A DNA stretch of 20,710 bases from Octopus sinensis (GCF_006345805.1 NW_021824229.1:1-20710), one strand, 5' to 3'; numbered from the stretch's first letter, positions 1 through 9,693 are shown. The notes: generated by a model from the letters alone, not told the origin. Numbers and translations are program-made.

Positions 1-25
1 ATATCATCATCGTCGTCGTCAATAC

Positions 26-65
<40 letters not shown>

Positions 66-118
66 GTTATTATCATCATCATCATCTCATCATCATCATC
101 ATCATCATCATTGTCATT

Positions 119-150
<32 letters not shown>

Positions 151-332
151 TTTCGCCATCATCATCATCACCATCATCACCACCATCATCATTATCATTA
201 TCATTATCATCATCGTCGTCGTCAATACAATCATCATCATCATCATCGCCATCGCCATCATCATCATCACCATCATCACCACCATCATCATTATCATTAT
301 CATTATTATCATCGTCGTCGTCGTCATCATCA
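1..332. repeat. (CAT)n/(CGT)n trinucleotide microsatellite with internal higher-order duplication
   Basis: Direct reading. The block cgccatcatcatcatcaccatcatcaccaccatcatcattatcattatcatta occurs at about 154 and 253, and gtcgtcaatacaatc occurs twice about 203 nt apart. The poly-Ser and poly-Met ORFs here are artefacts. Confidence 0.95.
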
Positions 333-546
333 CTGTTTTCTTCTTCTTCATCCTCATATCCTTCTGCACAGTGAATAATATACATCGTATCAAAACAAAC
401 AGACCGAATACTACGACTCTCATCCTCACCATGGCGACCATCCTCACCATGAATTACATTCTGTCCGGCATTCGAATTCAGCTGGAACGAAGAAATAGAA
501 GAAATGACATGGGCGATGTTGATTTGTCTTTATCTAAAGAATATTA

Positions 547-844
547 CAGCGTGGAAGGTGTTTATAAGCCATTTAAGAAACACACAAAAACCGTTAGATT
601 CACCTCAACATTTAAATTTAATTTGTCAAAATATTTTCGTCGCTTTGTGACCGCAACCTGTTCACTGACAAAACTTCGCGCTGCATCTCAAAGCGCCGAA
701 AATATTTTGACAAATTAAATTTAAATGTTGAAGTGAATCTAACGGTTTTTGTGTGTTTCTTAAATGGCTTCCACGCTGCAATTGTTTTCGTTCCAGCACA
801 CGATCTCAGATCAAGTCACTCGCTATGCAAGTACATCTCCGTAA
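547..844. mobile_element. Palindromic (foldback/MITE-like) element with one short arm, flanked by a 12-bp direct repeat
   Basis: Inverted arms 547-650 and 687-778 are nearly identical apart from an 11-nt indel (gtgtttataag). 779-844 is unpaired. TAAAGAATATTA lies at 535-546 and 845-856. Confidence 0.8.
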
Positions 845-1747
845 TAAAGAATATTAGTTGTGTGGAGACTATACAACTAAATATTAATTTATAAGATATC
901 CAGGATCCTGTTGAATTTCTTCCAACCACTTGAATTTTTTCTTTTCTTTTTGAATTTTTTTCAAAAAGTGTAGTTCTGACGAAAATTTCATTGATATTTA
1001 ACACGTTTGAGTGTATTCGGACGTGCTAAGACCTTTCACTTCGAATATTATCCTGGGAGAAAATTCTCCACCTAGACATGTTTGAAAACACATTTTGGGG
1101 ATTATAGATGATGGCATTGAATCGTAGGTTGCATGCGTTTCTGCGTTATTCTGCTTCGTCAGCTAAGAAGACCAAATCTGTCATTCGCACCCCGAATTAA
1201 GAACGAAATATTTCTTACTAAGACAGCATGCAGAATGCTTACTGATACGCGTAAAGTTTGGCAAAACTAGAATTAAATAACGTCACACAAAGCAGTGTTA
1301 AAGAAAGCATATTCGTGTTAACTCGTATTTAACACATTCGAGTGTATTCGTTAGGAGAGGTGGAATTAAAGGATCAGCAAAATGATGAAGAACTAACAGA
1401 CATAACAAGAGTATGAAGTTATGATAAATATCCAAGAGGTGACTAAGAATGTAGTTCATACGTAATAAGAGCTGCGCGAATTTTTGTGCGGAAATCTTAA
1501 TACAGACGGATTTGGAAGTATGATTCTAAAAGATTTTACAAAATAAAAGCGGCTATTTATATCTGGAAAACATAGCTGCGTTAATAGTAAATAGTCTGAA
1601 ATATAATTAAAAAAGGCTCATTACTGCCGAGATAGGTTTCTATCTGTTAATTAACTTTAAAAATAATTACACGTGATATTTATTTGGATTAGTCATTACA
1701 AAATTTATAAGAAATAGGTTTACTAAAATATAACGGTTTACTGAGAA

Positions 1748-1814
1748 TATATATATATATAATATATATATATATAGTATATATATTATATATATATATA
1801 TTATATATATATAT
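1748..1814. repeat. (TA)n microsatellite
   Basis: Direct reading. Confidence 0.95.
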
Positions 1815-2553
1815 ATGCTTTTTATTATTATTTTATACTATTCGAATGAAGAAATCTATAAAACACAATCAGCAATTTTGTGGTTTGATAGAAAACACAA
1901 GATATTTCTTAAGAAAACCAAAATTAGGTTTACTAAGATTTCAATGAGAAATAAGACAATTTGAATAACACAAAGCACTAAAAGTAATATGATAGTCATT
2001 GTCATAGTTTGAATACTGTTGGAATTTAATTTGCATAAATTAACTGAAATGAAATAGATTTAATAGTGAAAAATGTTAAATGGATTTATTAGTATTTTAG
2101 ATAGGTGTGTATACTGAATTAAAACTGAGACAGGGTTTAAGTATAAAGACAAATTTATTAAATTATACAAACTGTTATGGTATAACTATAAATTATTTTA
2201 TGTAGATTATTTTGTAAATATAGGAAGAGTTCGACAACAAATATATTTGGGAAATAAATCAAAATATAACTAAAACTTCGCTCTGGTTACAAAATTAAGA
2301 AACTAAACGGGGATGATTTCACGATATTGAATTTAGGAAAATGCTTATTTATTAATTTATCTTTGTTATCTAAATTTAATGAGACCTACATAAAAAAACA
2401 GCACTTATCGTCAATGACTTAGAAATACGGTAAAGTTGAAAAACATAAATATAATAGAAATTTAACATTAACATTTAAGAGAATCTAAACAGATAAATCC
2501 TATAGAAACGTATCTTGTTAATTTGTATGCTTTGAAGCCTTAGACTTACCTGA

Positions 2554-2572
2554 ATGTGTGTATGTGTGTGTC

Positions 2573-2628
<56 letters not shown>
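2554..2628. repeat. (TG)n microsatellite
   Basis: Direct reading; explains the HTHT ORF at 2475-2702. Confidence 0.95.
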
Positions 2629-2629
<1 letters not shown>

Positions 2630-3100
2630 CTATATATAAATGTGTATGTTGTAAGTGAATGTATGACATACACAGTTTCAGAAATAGTATATCTTGCAAC
2701 ATTATGTCATCAAAATAATTGGTGTGTAATTTATGTTATTGCACAGAACAACTCGGTACCTGACGAAACAATTGTGTTACCTAATCAAATAGATGTACAG
2801 AAAACAGATCGCGGTTAATTGCTACGAACTCTAGATATTGGAATACTATCAAAGATAAATTACTATAGAATATAGGTTTATTTAGTTTCGAATAGCTTTG
2901 CGAAGGTGAGCTGCAGTGTGTTAAACTCACTTGATTCTTCATAATTGTGTTCGTATGTGTGTGTGGGGTGGATGTTATATTAATTTTGCCTCCCCATCAC
3001 CTCGTCCGCCCATAACCATTTATAAATAAACAGCATCCATGTTTGCAACATGGCTGGAAAATGGTCAATTGGCGAAACCTAGAAGTGAAGTATATATATA

Positions 3101-3171
3101 AGGTGCAGGCATGGCTGTGTGGCATGGAACTTGCTTCCCAGCCACACCACTCTGGGTTCAGTCCCACTGTC
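3101..3171 (+). mobile_element. SINE family C, degenerate 5' tRNA-like head fragment
   Basis: gcaggcatggctgtgtgg...cttgcttcccagccac...gggttcagtcccactg aligns with the heads at 9693 (minus) and 15813 (plus). Confidence 0.75.
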
Positions 3172-3174
3172 GAA

Positions 3175-3930
3175 CCAGCACAGTAAAGCCTTCAATCAAC
3201 CCACGTACTAGACCCGACAGCCGACTCTTCAGTGTATCCTGTCTCAGAACCAACATAAAAGCAAGAGGGAAGGTTGGTAAAACAGTTTCAATTCACACCC
3301 GTCTCACATATGTTGTATCTCTTCTCTGTCTTGTTCTTCATCCTTTCTTGTTTTCTCTCCCACCCTTCCCTATTCTTCTCCTCTCCTCTTCACCGTTCCC
3401 TCTCTCTCACTCTTACTCCTTGACTCTCTCGTCGCTGACACGTGGCGAAAGGGAATCTATTTTTCTGTCCATTTCCTTTCTAAATACAAAACGTGCTTAT
3501 ACCTGTCTCCTCTCATAGCTTATTCTCCTAGTGCTCATAATAATTTTTCTATCGGCTTGGCTTAGCAGCCCTCACCGTTTGGTTTTACTGTCTTGTTCTA
3601 ACTGTCCTATTCTTGTTACCACTTTCACCCTCCGCAAAAAATCCCACATTTTATTTAATTTGCTTTGCGGGAAGGGCTGTTTCAATGAAGTCGCGTATTG
3701 TCCTTGCCTTCGGAACGCAGAGTAGATGAAACAGGGACAACTGAAGAAGGGGATTATTCTTTATGTTGTATGTCTCATTTCTCTGTGTTTTCGTTGTTCG
3801 AAAAAAAAGTTCGTTTTCTTTTTTCGTTTTTCTGTTTTCGTTTCTCATTGTGTTCAACGTTTTTTTTTTTTTTGATGTCCTGTATCCATATATGAATGTA
3901 TATATACATATATATGTACATTACAGATAT
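3175..3930 (+). mobile_element. Probable degenerate interspersed repeat (CT-rich; possibly a retroelement 3' region)
   Basis: Pyrimidine-rich body ending in gtcctgtatccatatatgaatgtatatatac resembles a recalled octopus repeat family (not verified). A KPSIN...LF peptide at about 3187-3231 weakly resembles the ends of Penelope GIY-YIG domains. Confidence 0.3.
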
Positions 3931-4074
3931 GGGGTGAAATACAATTAATTTAATAAAATCAACAAATTTCACCTAGTAGTATTTCGGTATTGAAAAGGAC
4001 CATATTCGGTAAAAATTTATATAATTATAATAATAAGGGTTTTTTGCAACAAGTTGCTTAAACTACATACCGAA

Positions 4075-4685
4075 AATATTAGAAATAGCAGCCAAAAAAC
4101 TACTATTTCTTTTACTACAAAAATAAGTCTCCACAGACAACAATATTTGTAACTCATATGGCAAAACAAAGAAGAAAAACAACGAAATCACACAGTCCTC
4201 GGATTAATTATGCACTACTTTTCTGGATTAGAATCGTAAGGTTCATTTCCTTATCAACATAATATTTCCCATAAATCTAGAAATGCTAGGAAAACCTACC
4301 TTTTATATTTTCGACCAAGCGACATCGAAAGATACAAAAGTCATTGTGACTCACGTGGTAGAATTCTGGAGGGAGATACGAATTCGCTTGTCTATATAAA
4401 TGTGGATATGCTGGCTGACTTTTGTATCTTTCGATGTCGCTTGGTCGAAAATATAAAAGGTAGGTTTTCCTAGCATTTCTAGATTTATGGGAAATCTTAT
4501 GTTGATAAGGAAATGAACCTTACGATTCTAATCCAGAAACGTACGTCCATAATTAATCCGAGGACTGTGTGATTTCGTTGTTTTTCTTCTTTGTTTTGCC
4601 ATATGAGTTACAAATATTGTTGTCTGTGGAGACTTATTTTTGTAATAAAAGAAATAGAAGTTTTTTGGCTGCTATTTCTAATATT
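4075..4685. mobile_element. Long-TIR foldback element (non-autonomous DNA transposon/MITE), copy 1
   Basis: Arms 4075-4343 and 4416-4685 are reverse complements with only about 6 differences by manual comparison, around a 72-nt spacer. By homology to the other copies the left arm extends unpaired to about 4030. Confidence 0.9.
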
Positions 4686-4776
4686 AAACTGAATATAAGT
4701 CAACGCTATATAAGAGAGGTATAGTATATACCTATTTATCCGGTTGCTTTTCTTTCCTTACATTACAAGCCTCCTA

Positions 4777-4837
4777 TTATAACAAGCCTCCTTTAATCTA
4801 TCCAATTTTATAACAAGCTTTCTTTAATCTATCCAAT
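4777..4837. repeat. 31-bp tandem duplication
   Basis: ttataacaagcctcctttaatctatccaat (4777-4806) and ttataacaagctttctttaatctatccaat (4808-4837), plus a partial copy at 4763-4775. Confidence 0.85.
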
Positions 4838-5092
4838 ATCGTTTCATAAAATATGAATGGAGATGAATAATTTTCATTTTGTTTGATCTGGAGAGTGTGC
4901 ATTCTCATTGGTTGTAATGTTTGGCGTGTTAATCTCTGTACATTTTTTCCTTACGCATGTATACGTCAATATGCGTATATTTGTATGTTTTTATATTCGT
5001 TTGTTCCGTTTGCTCTCTATGTGCATTCGCCGTATGCCAGCGTATTTATTTCAATAGTTTAATATCTTAGCATTTGTGTTTGTGTTTGCGTA

Positions 5093-5211
5093 TTAATATG
5101 TCACTGCGTATCCGCTTAAATGAGAATGTATCTCGTTTGTCATATCTCCTGGAGCATATTTATTAATGAAAGGAAGTATCTTTAACTTTATAACTAAATA
5201 AGTACAAAGTA
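5093..5211 (-). CDS. Candidate terminal coding exon, unit 1 (VLCTYLVIKLKILPFINKYAPGDMTNEIHSHLSGYAVTY*), product unknown
   Basis: Preceded by a polypyrimidine tract and ttttcaaatAG (AG ends at 5212), with TAA at 5093-5095. Codon-preserving homology to unit 2. No upstream exon identified. Confidence 0.45.
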
Positions 5212-5306
5212 CTATTTGAAAAGAAAAGAGAATAAAGAATAGAAATAACAGGAGAATTTGTCTGCATTTAGGATTCTGTGTTTCCCCGAAATAATATTTG
5301 GGATAT

Positions 5307-5521
5307 CGAAGGCGGCGAGATGGCAGAACTTTCAGCTCGCCGAGGAAAATGCTTAGAAGCGTTTCATCCATCCTTACGCTCTGGGTTCAAATTCCGCCGA
5401 GGTCGATTTTGTCTTTCACCCTTTCGGGGTCGATAAAAGAAGTACCAGTTGAACATTAAGGTTGATGTAATCGACTTGACCTGACCTGAAATTGCTGGCC
5501 TTGTGCCAAAATTTGGAATCC
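5307..5521 (+). mobile_element. SINE family A (tRNA-derived; OK-like by recollection)
   Basis: aaggcggcgagatggcagaa...gggttcaaattccgccgaggtcga...ggccttgtgccaaaatttg. TSD atat(t/a)tgggatat at 5294-5306 and 5522-5534. Confidence 0.9.
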
Positions 5522-5609
5522 ATATATGGGATATGATTAGGGTCTCTATCTATGTACTTATTAAAGAAATTATACCAGTCTAACTTTATTACTAAATACG
5601 TGTAAAACA
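5522..5609 (-). pseudogene. Candidate paralogous exon, unit 2 (VFYTYLVIKLDWYNFFNKYIDRDPNHIPY...), interrupted by a SINE
   Basis: Same ttttcaaatAG acceptor (AG ends at 5610) with a cctaac branch-like site upstream. After removing the SINE, 17/34 residues are identical to unit 1. Confidence 0.45.
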
Positions 5610-5970
5610 CTATTTGAAAATAAATGAAAAGGAATAAGAAATATACTGTTAGGGTATCATGTTGTTCTTATTTGGACACCATTAAGTATTCTAAAGAGGC
5701 CCCTATGCACGTGAGAACAAATAATACCTTTCTTCTTTTGCAATAAGAGGAAGTTTTTTGTTGGGGTTTTTTTTCGGAATTTTCTACCCGTAACCAAAAA
5801 CCCGGAATCTATCAATTTATCAACGTTAGTAACAGAAAAATGTTCCCACTGTGACTGTCCCTTATCTTTTTAAATCCAGAATTCCACTCTTATAATGATA
5901 ATACGAATTAACATTAATTAGTGAATGATGCGAATCATAATGAATAAAATTTTATACATTTTATGCTAAT

Positions 5971-6125
5971 GCAGGCGCAGTTTACTTCCTAATTCCATGC
6001 AAGCGTGACACCTTGGGTGAATATTTTCTACTATAGCCTCGTGCCGATCAAAGCGTTGCGAGTGGATTTGGTAAACGGAAACTGAAAGAAGTCCGTCGTA
6101 TATATAAAAATGTGTGTATGTGTGA
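5971..6125 (+). mobile_element. SINE family C, degenerate 5' half
   Basis: gcgtgacaccttggg...ctactatagcctcgtgccgatcaaagc...gtggatttggtaaacggaaactgaaagaag matches the copies at 9531-9693 and 15813-15980. Confidence 0.8.
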
Positions 6126-6149
6126 TTGTCTTGCGAGATTTGTCCTGGC

Positions 6150-6232
6150 TCTTTGCACTCCGAGTTCAGGATTGCCTTTTATCCTTTCAAGGTCGATATA
6201 TGAAGCACCACTCCCTACCAGGGTCGATTCTT
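6150..6232 (+). mobile_element. SINE family A internal fragment (degenerate)
   Basis: ccgagttca...ttgccttttatcctttcaaggtcgata...gggtcgat matches the family A core. Confidence 0.55.
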
Positions 6233-6724
6233 CTCTCCTTCCCACTCCTTTCTATCTGTTTGTCTGCTTCTCTCTTTCTGGAAGACATCGGCTGTGATGA
6301 AGCCTGAAGAAAGAAGAGAACCGCCAGATTTCTAACTGCCCACGACACACGGTATGTCCCAACGGCGTCCCTAGGACTCCATCAAGACACCGAAGCTTCA
6401 AAGCAATAAAGGCAATTCAACACGATTAATAATAGAAAATACAATTTAGGAAGACTCTTCATAACGATTCAAAATGATAATGGAATGTTACAAGAAGTTT
6501 ACCATTGTACCAGATCTTAATCGAGAAAACACATTAGAACCAATCAGAGAAAACTGCCAGCTCTTCTGACAATGCCAGATGGATACACGGCAGGAATGGG
6601 AATGTCTTTGTTATTTGCTTTTGGCCATCTCATTTCAAGGAATAATCCGTTATACCGAATGTTTGCAGAATCCTCTAAATTTCGTTATGTATTTATATTA
6701 TATAGAGGGCACTATTACACATAG

Positions 6725-7109
6725 GTGGAGGCGCAATGGCCCAGTGGTTAGGGCAGCGGACTCGCGGTCATAGGATCGCAGTTTCAATTCCCAGACCGGA
6801 CGTTGTGAGTGTTTATTGAGCGAAAACACCTAAAGCTCCACGAGGCTCCGGCAGGGGATGGTGGTGATCCCTGCTGTACTCTTTCACCACAACTTTCTCT
6901 CTTACTTCCTGTTTCTGTTGTACCTGTATTTCAAAGGGCCGGCCTTGTCACTCTCTGTGTCACGCTGAATATCCCCGAGAACTACGTTAAGGGTACACGT
7001 GTCTGTGGAGTGCTCAGCCACTTACACGTTAATTTCACGAGCAGGCTGTTCCGTTGATTCGGATCAACCGGAACCCTCGTCGTCGTAACCGACGGTGTGC
7101 TTCCATTCC
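6725..7109 (+). mobile_element. SINE family B, subtype 1, full length (tRNA-like head; OR-like by recollection)
   Basis: A-box-like tggcccagtggttag, B-box-like gtttcaattcc, (ttcca)2 tail, and a perfect 11-bp TSD attacacatag at 6714-6724 and 7110-7120. Confidence 0.92.
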
Positions 7110-7236
7110 ATTACACATAGATGCTACACGCTAGGAGGGACTCTTAAAGTCAAAACTACTATTAAGTTTTTCTCTTATAAGGTTTTTCACGCTAACTACT
7201 TGATAAAGTCTTATGAAGAATTTATCCTATTTTTAA

Positions 7237-7237
<1 letters not shown>

Positions 7238-7267
<30 letters not shown>

Positions 7268-7297
7268 TGTATGTATGTATGTATGTATGTATCTATG
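7238..7297. repeat. (TATG)n microsatellite
   Basis: Direct reading. Confidence 0.95.
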
Positions 7298-7531
7298 TAC
7301 ACAATCAGAAAACAATTTTTAAGTGTTGAAAAGTACGTATTTGTGTGTTACAGTGTATTCGAATGACAGATTTTAATCTCTGTATTATACAGGCGCGACA
7401 CATTCTGAGTTATTCTGTACATATGCGCGTGTGTATATGTGTGTATGTTTACGCAAATGTGCACGATCGTGCTTCATTGTTTCGGTTGTTTTCAACTAAA
7501 AATTCTATCATTACAGCAACTCCGTATTCAT

Positions 7532-7533
7532 TG

Positions 7534-7574
<41 letters not shown>

Positions 7575-7697
7575 GCTGATGCTGCTATTACTACTTCTGC
7601 TACTAATACGACTATAAGTATTCTCTGTTAAAGAGTCAATAAAAGACCTTGTACATGATCGCTCAATCTACTACTACTACTGCTACTGCCACTACTA
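7532..7697. repeat. (CTA)n/(CTG)n microsatellites (7532-7612, 7669-7697)
   Basis: Direct reading; explains the poly-Leu ORF. Confidence 0.9.
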
Positions 7698-8018
7698 TTG
7701 CTCCACTTCCGGTAGCATCATTTCACACTGATTTTTGCCCCGGAGGCTTCGCAAGTAGATTTTTCTTTTAAGCACTGCTTGCAAATAACTTAAAACTAGA
7801 ATAATGCTTTCATACGAACACTTATTAAGTATGATCATATAAATTTGAGTTTCCCGCGTAGCAGTTGCTGTTAACATACGCGCGCACACACTCACACTCA
7901 CATACACACGCACACGCACACACGCACGAAACATACATTCATACATATATACATACATACACATACATGCATACACACACATACATGCACACAACATATA
8001 TTCCAAATGCTGTTTTTA

Positions 8019-8117
8019 CTGAGATCTCCCTTTTTAGTAGAAGAAATAGCTATAACCCTTTGACTGCTATTTCTAAATTCGGTATGTGGTAAGGCAATTC
8101 GTTGCTAAACCCTTATT
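8019..8117. mobile_element. Solo terminal arm of the long-TIR family
   Basis: ctgaga...agaaatagcta...gactgctatttctaa.ttcggtatgtgg...ctaaacccttatt aligns with the right arm of the 16219-16987 element and with the reverse complement of 4030-4125. Confidence 0.75.
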
Positions 8118-8250
8118 GCTTAGTATTACTTAAATTTTCCTCGAATGAGGCTTTTACATGCCGAAGACTACTTGGTGTAATTGATAATTTTTCCAAATTA
8201 ATTAATTTCACCCTTCATTATTACGGATATATATATATATATATATATAT

Positions 8251-8645
8251 GCTCTCCATTATGTTCCTCTCAATTTCTGCATTACCGTTACTAGAGTTGG
8301 TCTTAACTAGAATATTAATGTCGTCTACATATCTACAGTAAAGTAAAAGCTGCTAAGGATTGTTTAAGTTTTTCTGTCCCACCAGGTCATGAAGAAGCCG
8401 GCCACATCTCCAGCTACACCAACACCAATGGCTGCACCTTGAACCTGCATGTATAGTTTTCTGTTAGATTTTACTTCGTGGTTCTTCAAGGGTGCTCTTA
8501 TGCTAGCCCTTATTGCATGTGCAGTCACTATTTTTCACCTGATTGTTGTTCTCGGGATCTTGAGAGGGTATAGTCCAACCACTTCAGCGCTCTGCGGTGC
8601 TTTTCTTCACTGCTCAGGTGATGGTGTGTGGCCTTCCCTAACGTG
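8251..8645 (-). mobile_element. Penelope-like retroelement (PLE) reverse transcriptase fragment, pseudogenised
   Basis: Stitched translation: GRPHTIT*AVKKSTAER*SGWTIPSQDPENNNQVK / IVTAHAIRASIRAPLKNHEVKSNRKLYMQVQGAAIGVGVAGDVAGFFMTWWDRK / NLNNP*QLLLYCRYVDDINILVK. It contains the QxxGxxxG motif (8424-8447) and the catalytic YVDD (8320-8331), with two frameshifts (about 8532 and 8372) and three in-frame stops. Missed by the ORF track. Confidence 0.85.
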
Positions 8646-8649
8646 AACA

Positions 8650-8877
8650 TCAACATACTGCACACATATAGAGATACACATTCATACGTAACAGACTCAC
8701 GTACACAGTCACAAAAATCCTTACACAGACACACTCAGACATGTACACATAAGGAGACAGAGGCACACACACACACACACACACATGCAAACACACACAC
8801 ATACAAACACACAAACATGAACACACAAACATGAACACACAAACATATGAATATGCAGAATACATACATACAAACGT

Positions 8878-8914
<37 letters not shown>

Positions 8915-9010
8915 CGCACATACACACACTTCCATGCATACGCACACATACATGTGTACATACATACATATGTGTATGCGCACGCACACTGACCTACACA
9001 CATGCGCACA
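8650..9010. repeat. CA/TA-rich compound microsatellite including (acacacaaacatga)x3
   Basis: Direct reading; explains the many CVCV and HTHT ORFs. Confidence 0.9.
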
Positions 9011-9276
9011 AACAAATAAAAAGAACGCAACTCGGATAACGGACATTGTCAACGACTATTGAAAGGTTGCAAGACGCAACGAAAATTTTGTAAAAATTAA
9101 AGAAGTAAATGAGTGGAAACTGAACCGGTGTGTGTGTTAAATAATAAGACACTAAAAGAGAATGACCCTCCCCAAACATAACAATACATTATGTGTGTGC
9201 GTGTGTATATATGCGTGTGTGCGTGTGTGTGTATGGGTGGGGGGTGCATTAGATGACGAGGAATGAATTAGGCTCA

Positions 9277-9693
9277 TCTCTCTCTCTCTTTTCTCTTTTA
9301 CTCTTTTACTTGTTTCAGTCATTTGACTGCGGCCATGCTGGAGCACCGCCTTTAGTCGATCAAATCGACCCCGGGACTTATTCATTGTAAGCCCAGTACT
9401 TATTCTATCGGTCTCTTTTGCCGAACCGCTAAGTAACGGGGACGTAAACACACCAGCATTGGTTGTCAAGCAATGCTAGGGGGACAAACACAGACACACA
9501 AACACACACACATATATATATACATATATACGACAGGCTTCTTCCAGTTTCCGTCTACCAAATCCACTCACAAGGCATTGGTCAGCCCGGGGCTATAGCA
9601 GAAGACACTTGCCCAAGATGCCACGCAGTGGGACTGAACCCGGAACCATGTGGTTGGTTAGCAAGCTACTTACCACACAGCCACTCCTGCGCC
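9277..9693 (-). mobile_element. SINE family C, full length (tRNA-like head, CORE-like segment, internal microsatellite, 3' domain, aaaagag tail)
   Basis: Head at 9693 (ggcgcaggagtggctgtgtggtaag). CORE-like gcatcttgggcaagtgtctt. The 3' half matches 19885-20097. Possible TSD atta(g/a)gctc at 9267-9275 and 9698-9706. Confidence 0.9.

Noticed and set aside
82-450. Poly-Met/poly-Ser ORFs, and all HTHT, CVCV, YIYI, poly-Leu, poly-Ile and K/E-rich ORFs in the track
   Set aside because: They are direct translations of (CAT)n, (TG)n, (TA)n, (CTA)n, (TTA)n and (GAA)n microsatellites, with no domain content or splice support.
371-718. 115-aa ORF
   Set aside because: The 3' half runs through the palindromic element and no homology is recognisable.
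1126-1170. Minus-strand CTGACGA...GAAAC hammerhead-like motif
   Set aside because: Stem II has only 2 bp, there is no GUH triplet closing stem III, and no stem I partner.
2543-2552. Perfect minus-strand donor CAG|GTAAGT (and ATG|GTGAGT at 17676-17684)
   Set aside because: The upstream sequence is microsatellite with no acceptor or open coding frame, so isolated donors are not evidence of exons.
3741-3760. CTGAAGAAGGGG as a hammerhead start
   Set aside because: No complementary stem II or GAAA element follows.
6725-6800. tRNA gene calls for the heads at 6725 and 10135 (and for family A and C heads)
   Set aside because: The acceptor stem does not close, and each head continues into a SINE body. 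The 6725 and 10135 copies are flanked by TSDs.
8584-8616. In-frame TGA codons in the RT fragment read as selenocysteine (as in some PLE clades)
   Set aside because: They co-occur with a TAG and two frameshifts and are not at Cys-like positions, so ordinary decay is more parsimonious.
8449-8646. Hydrophobic plus-strand 65-aa ORF
   Set aside because: It is the antisense shadow of the PLE RT fragment.
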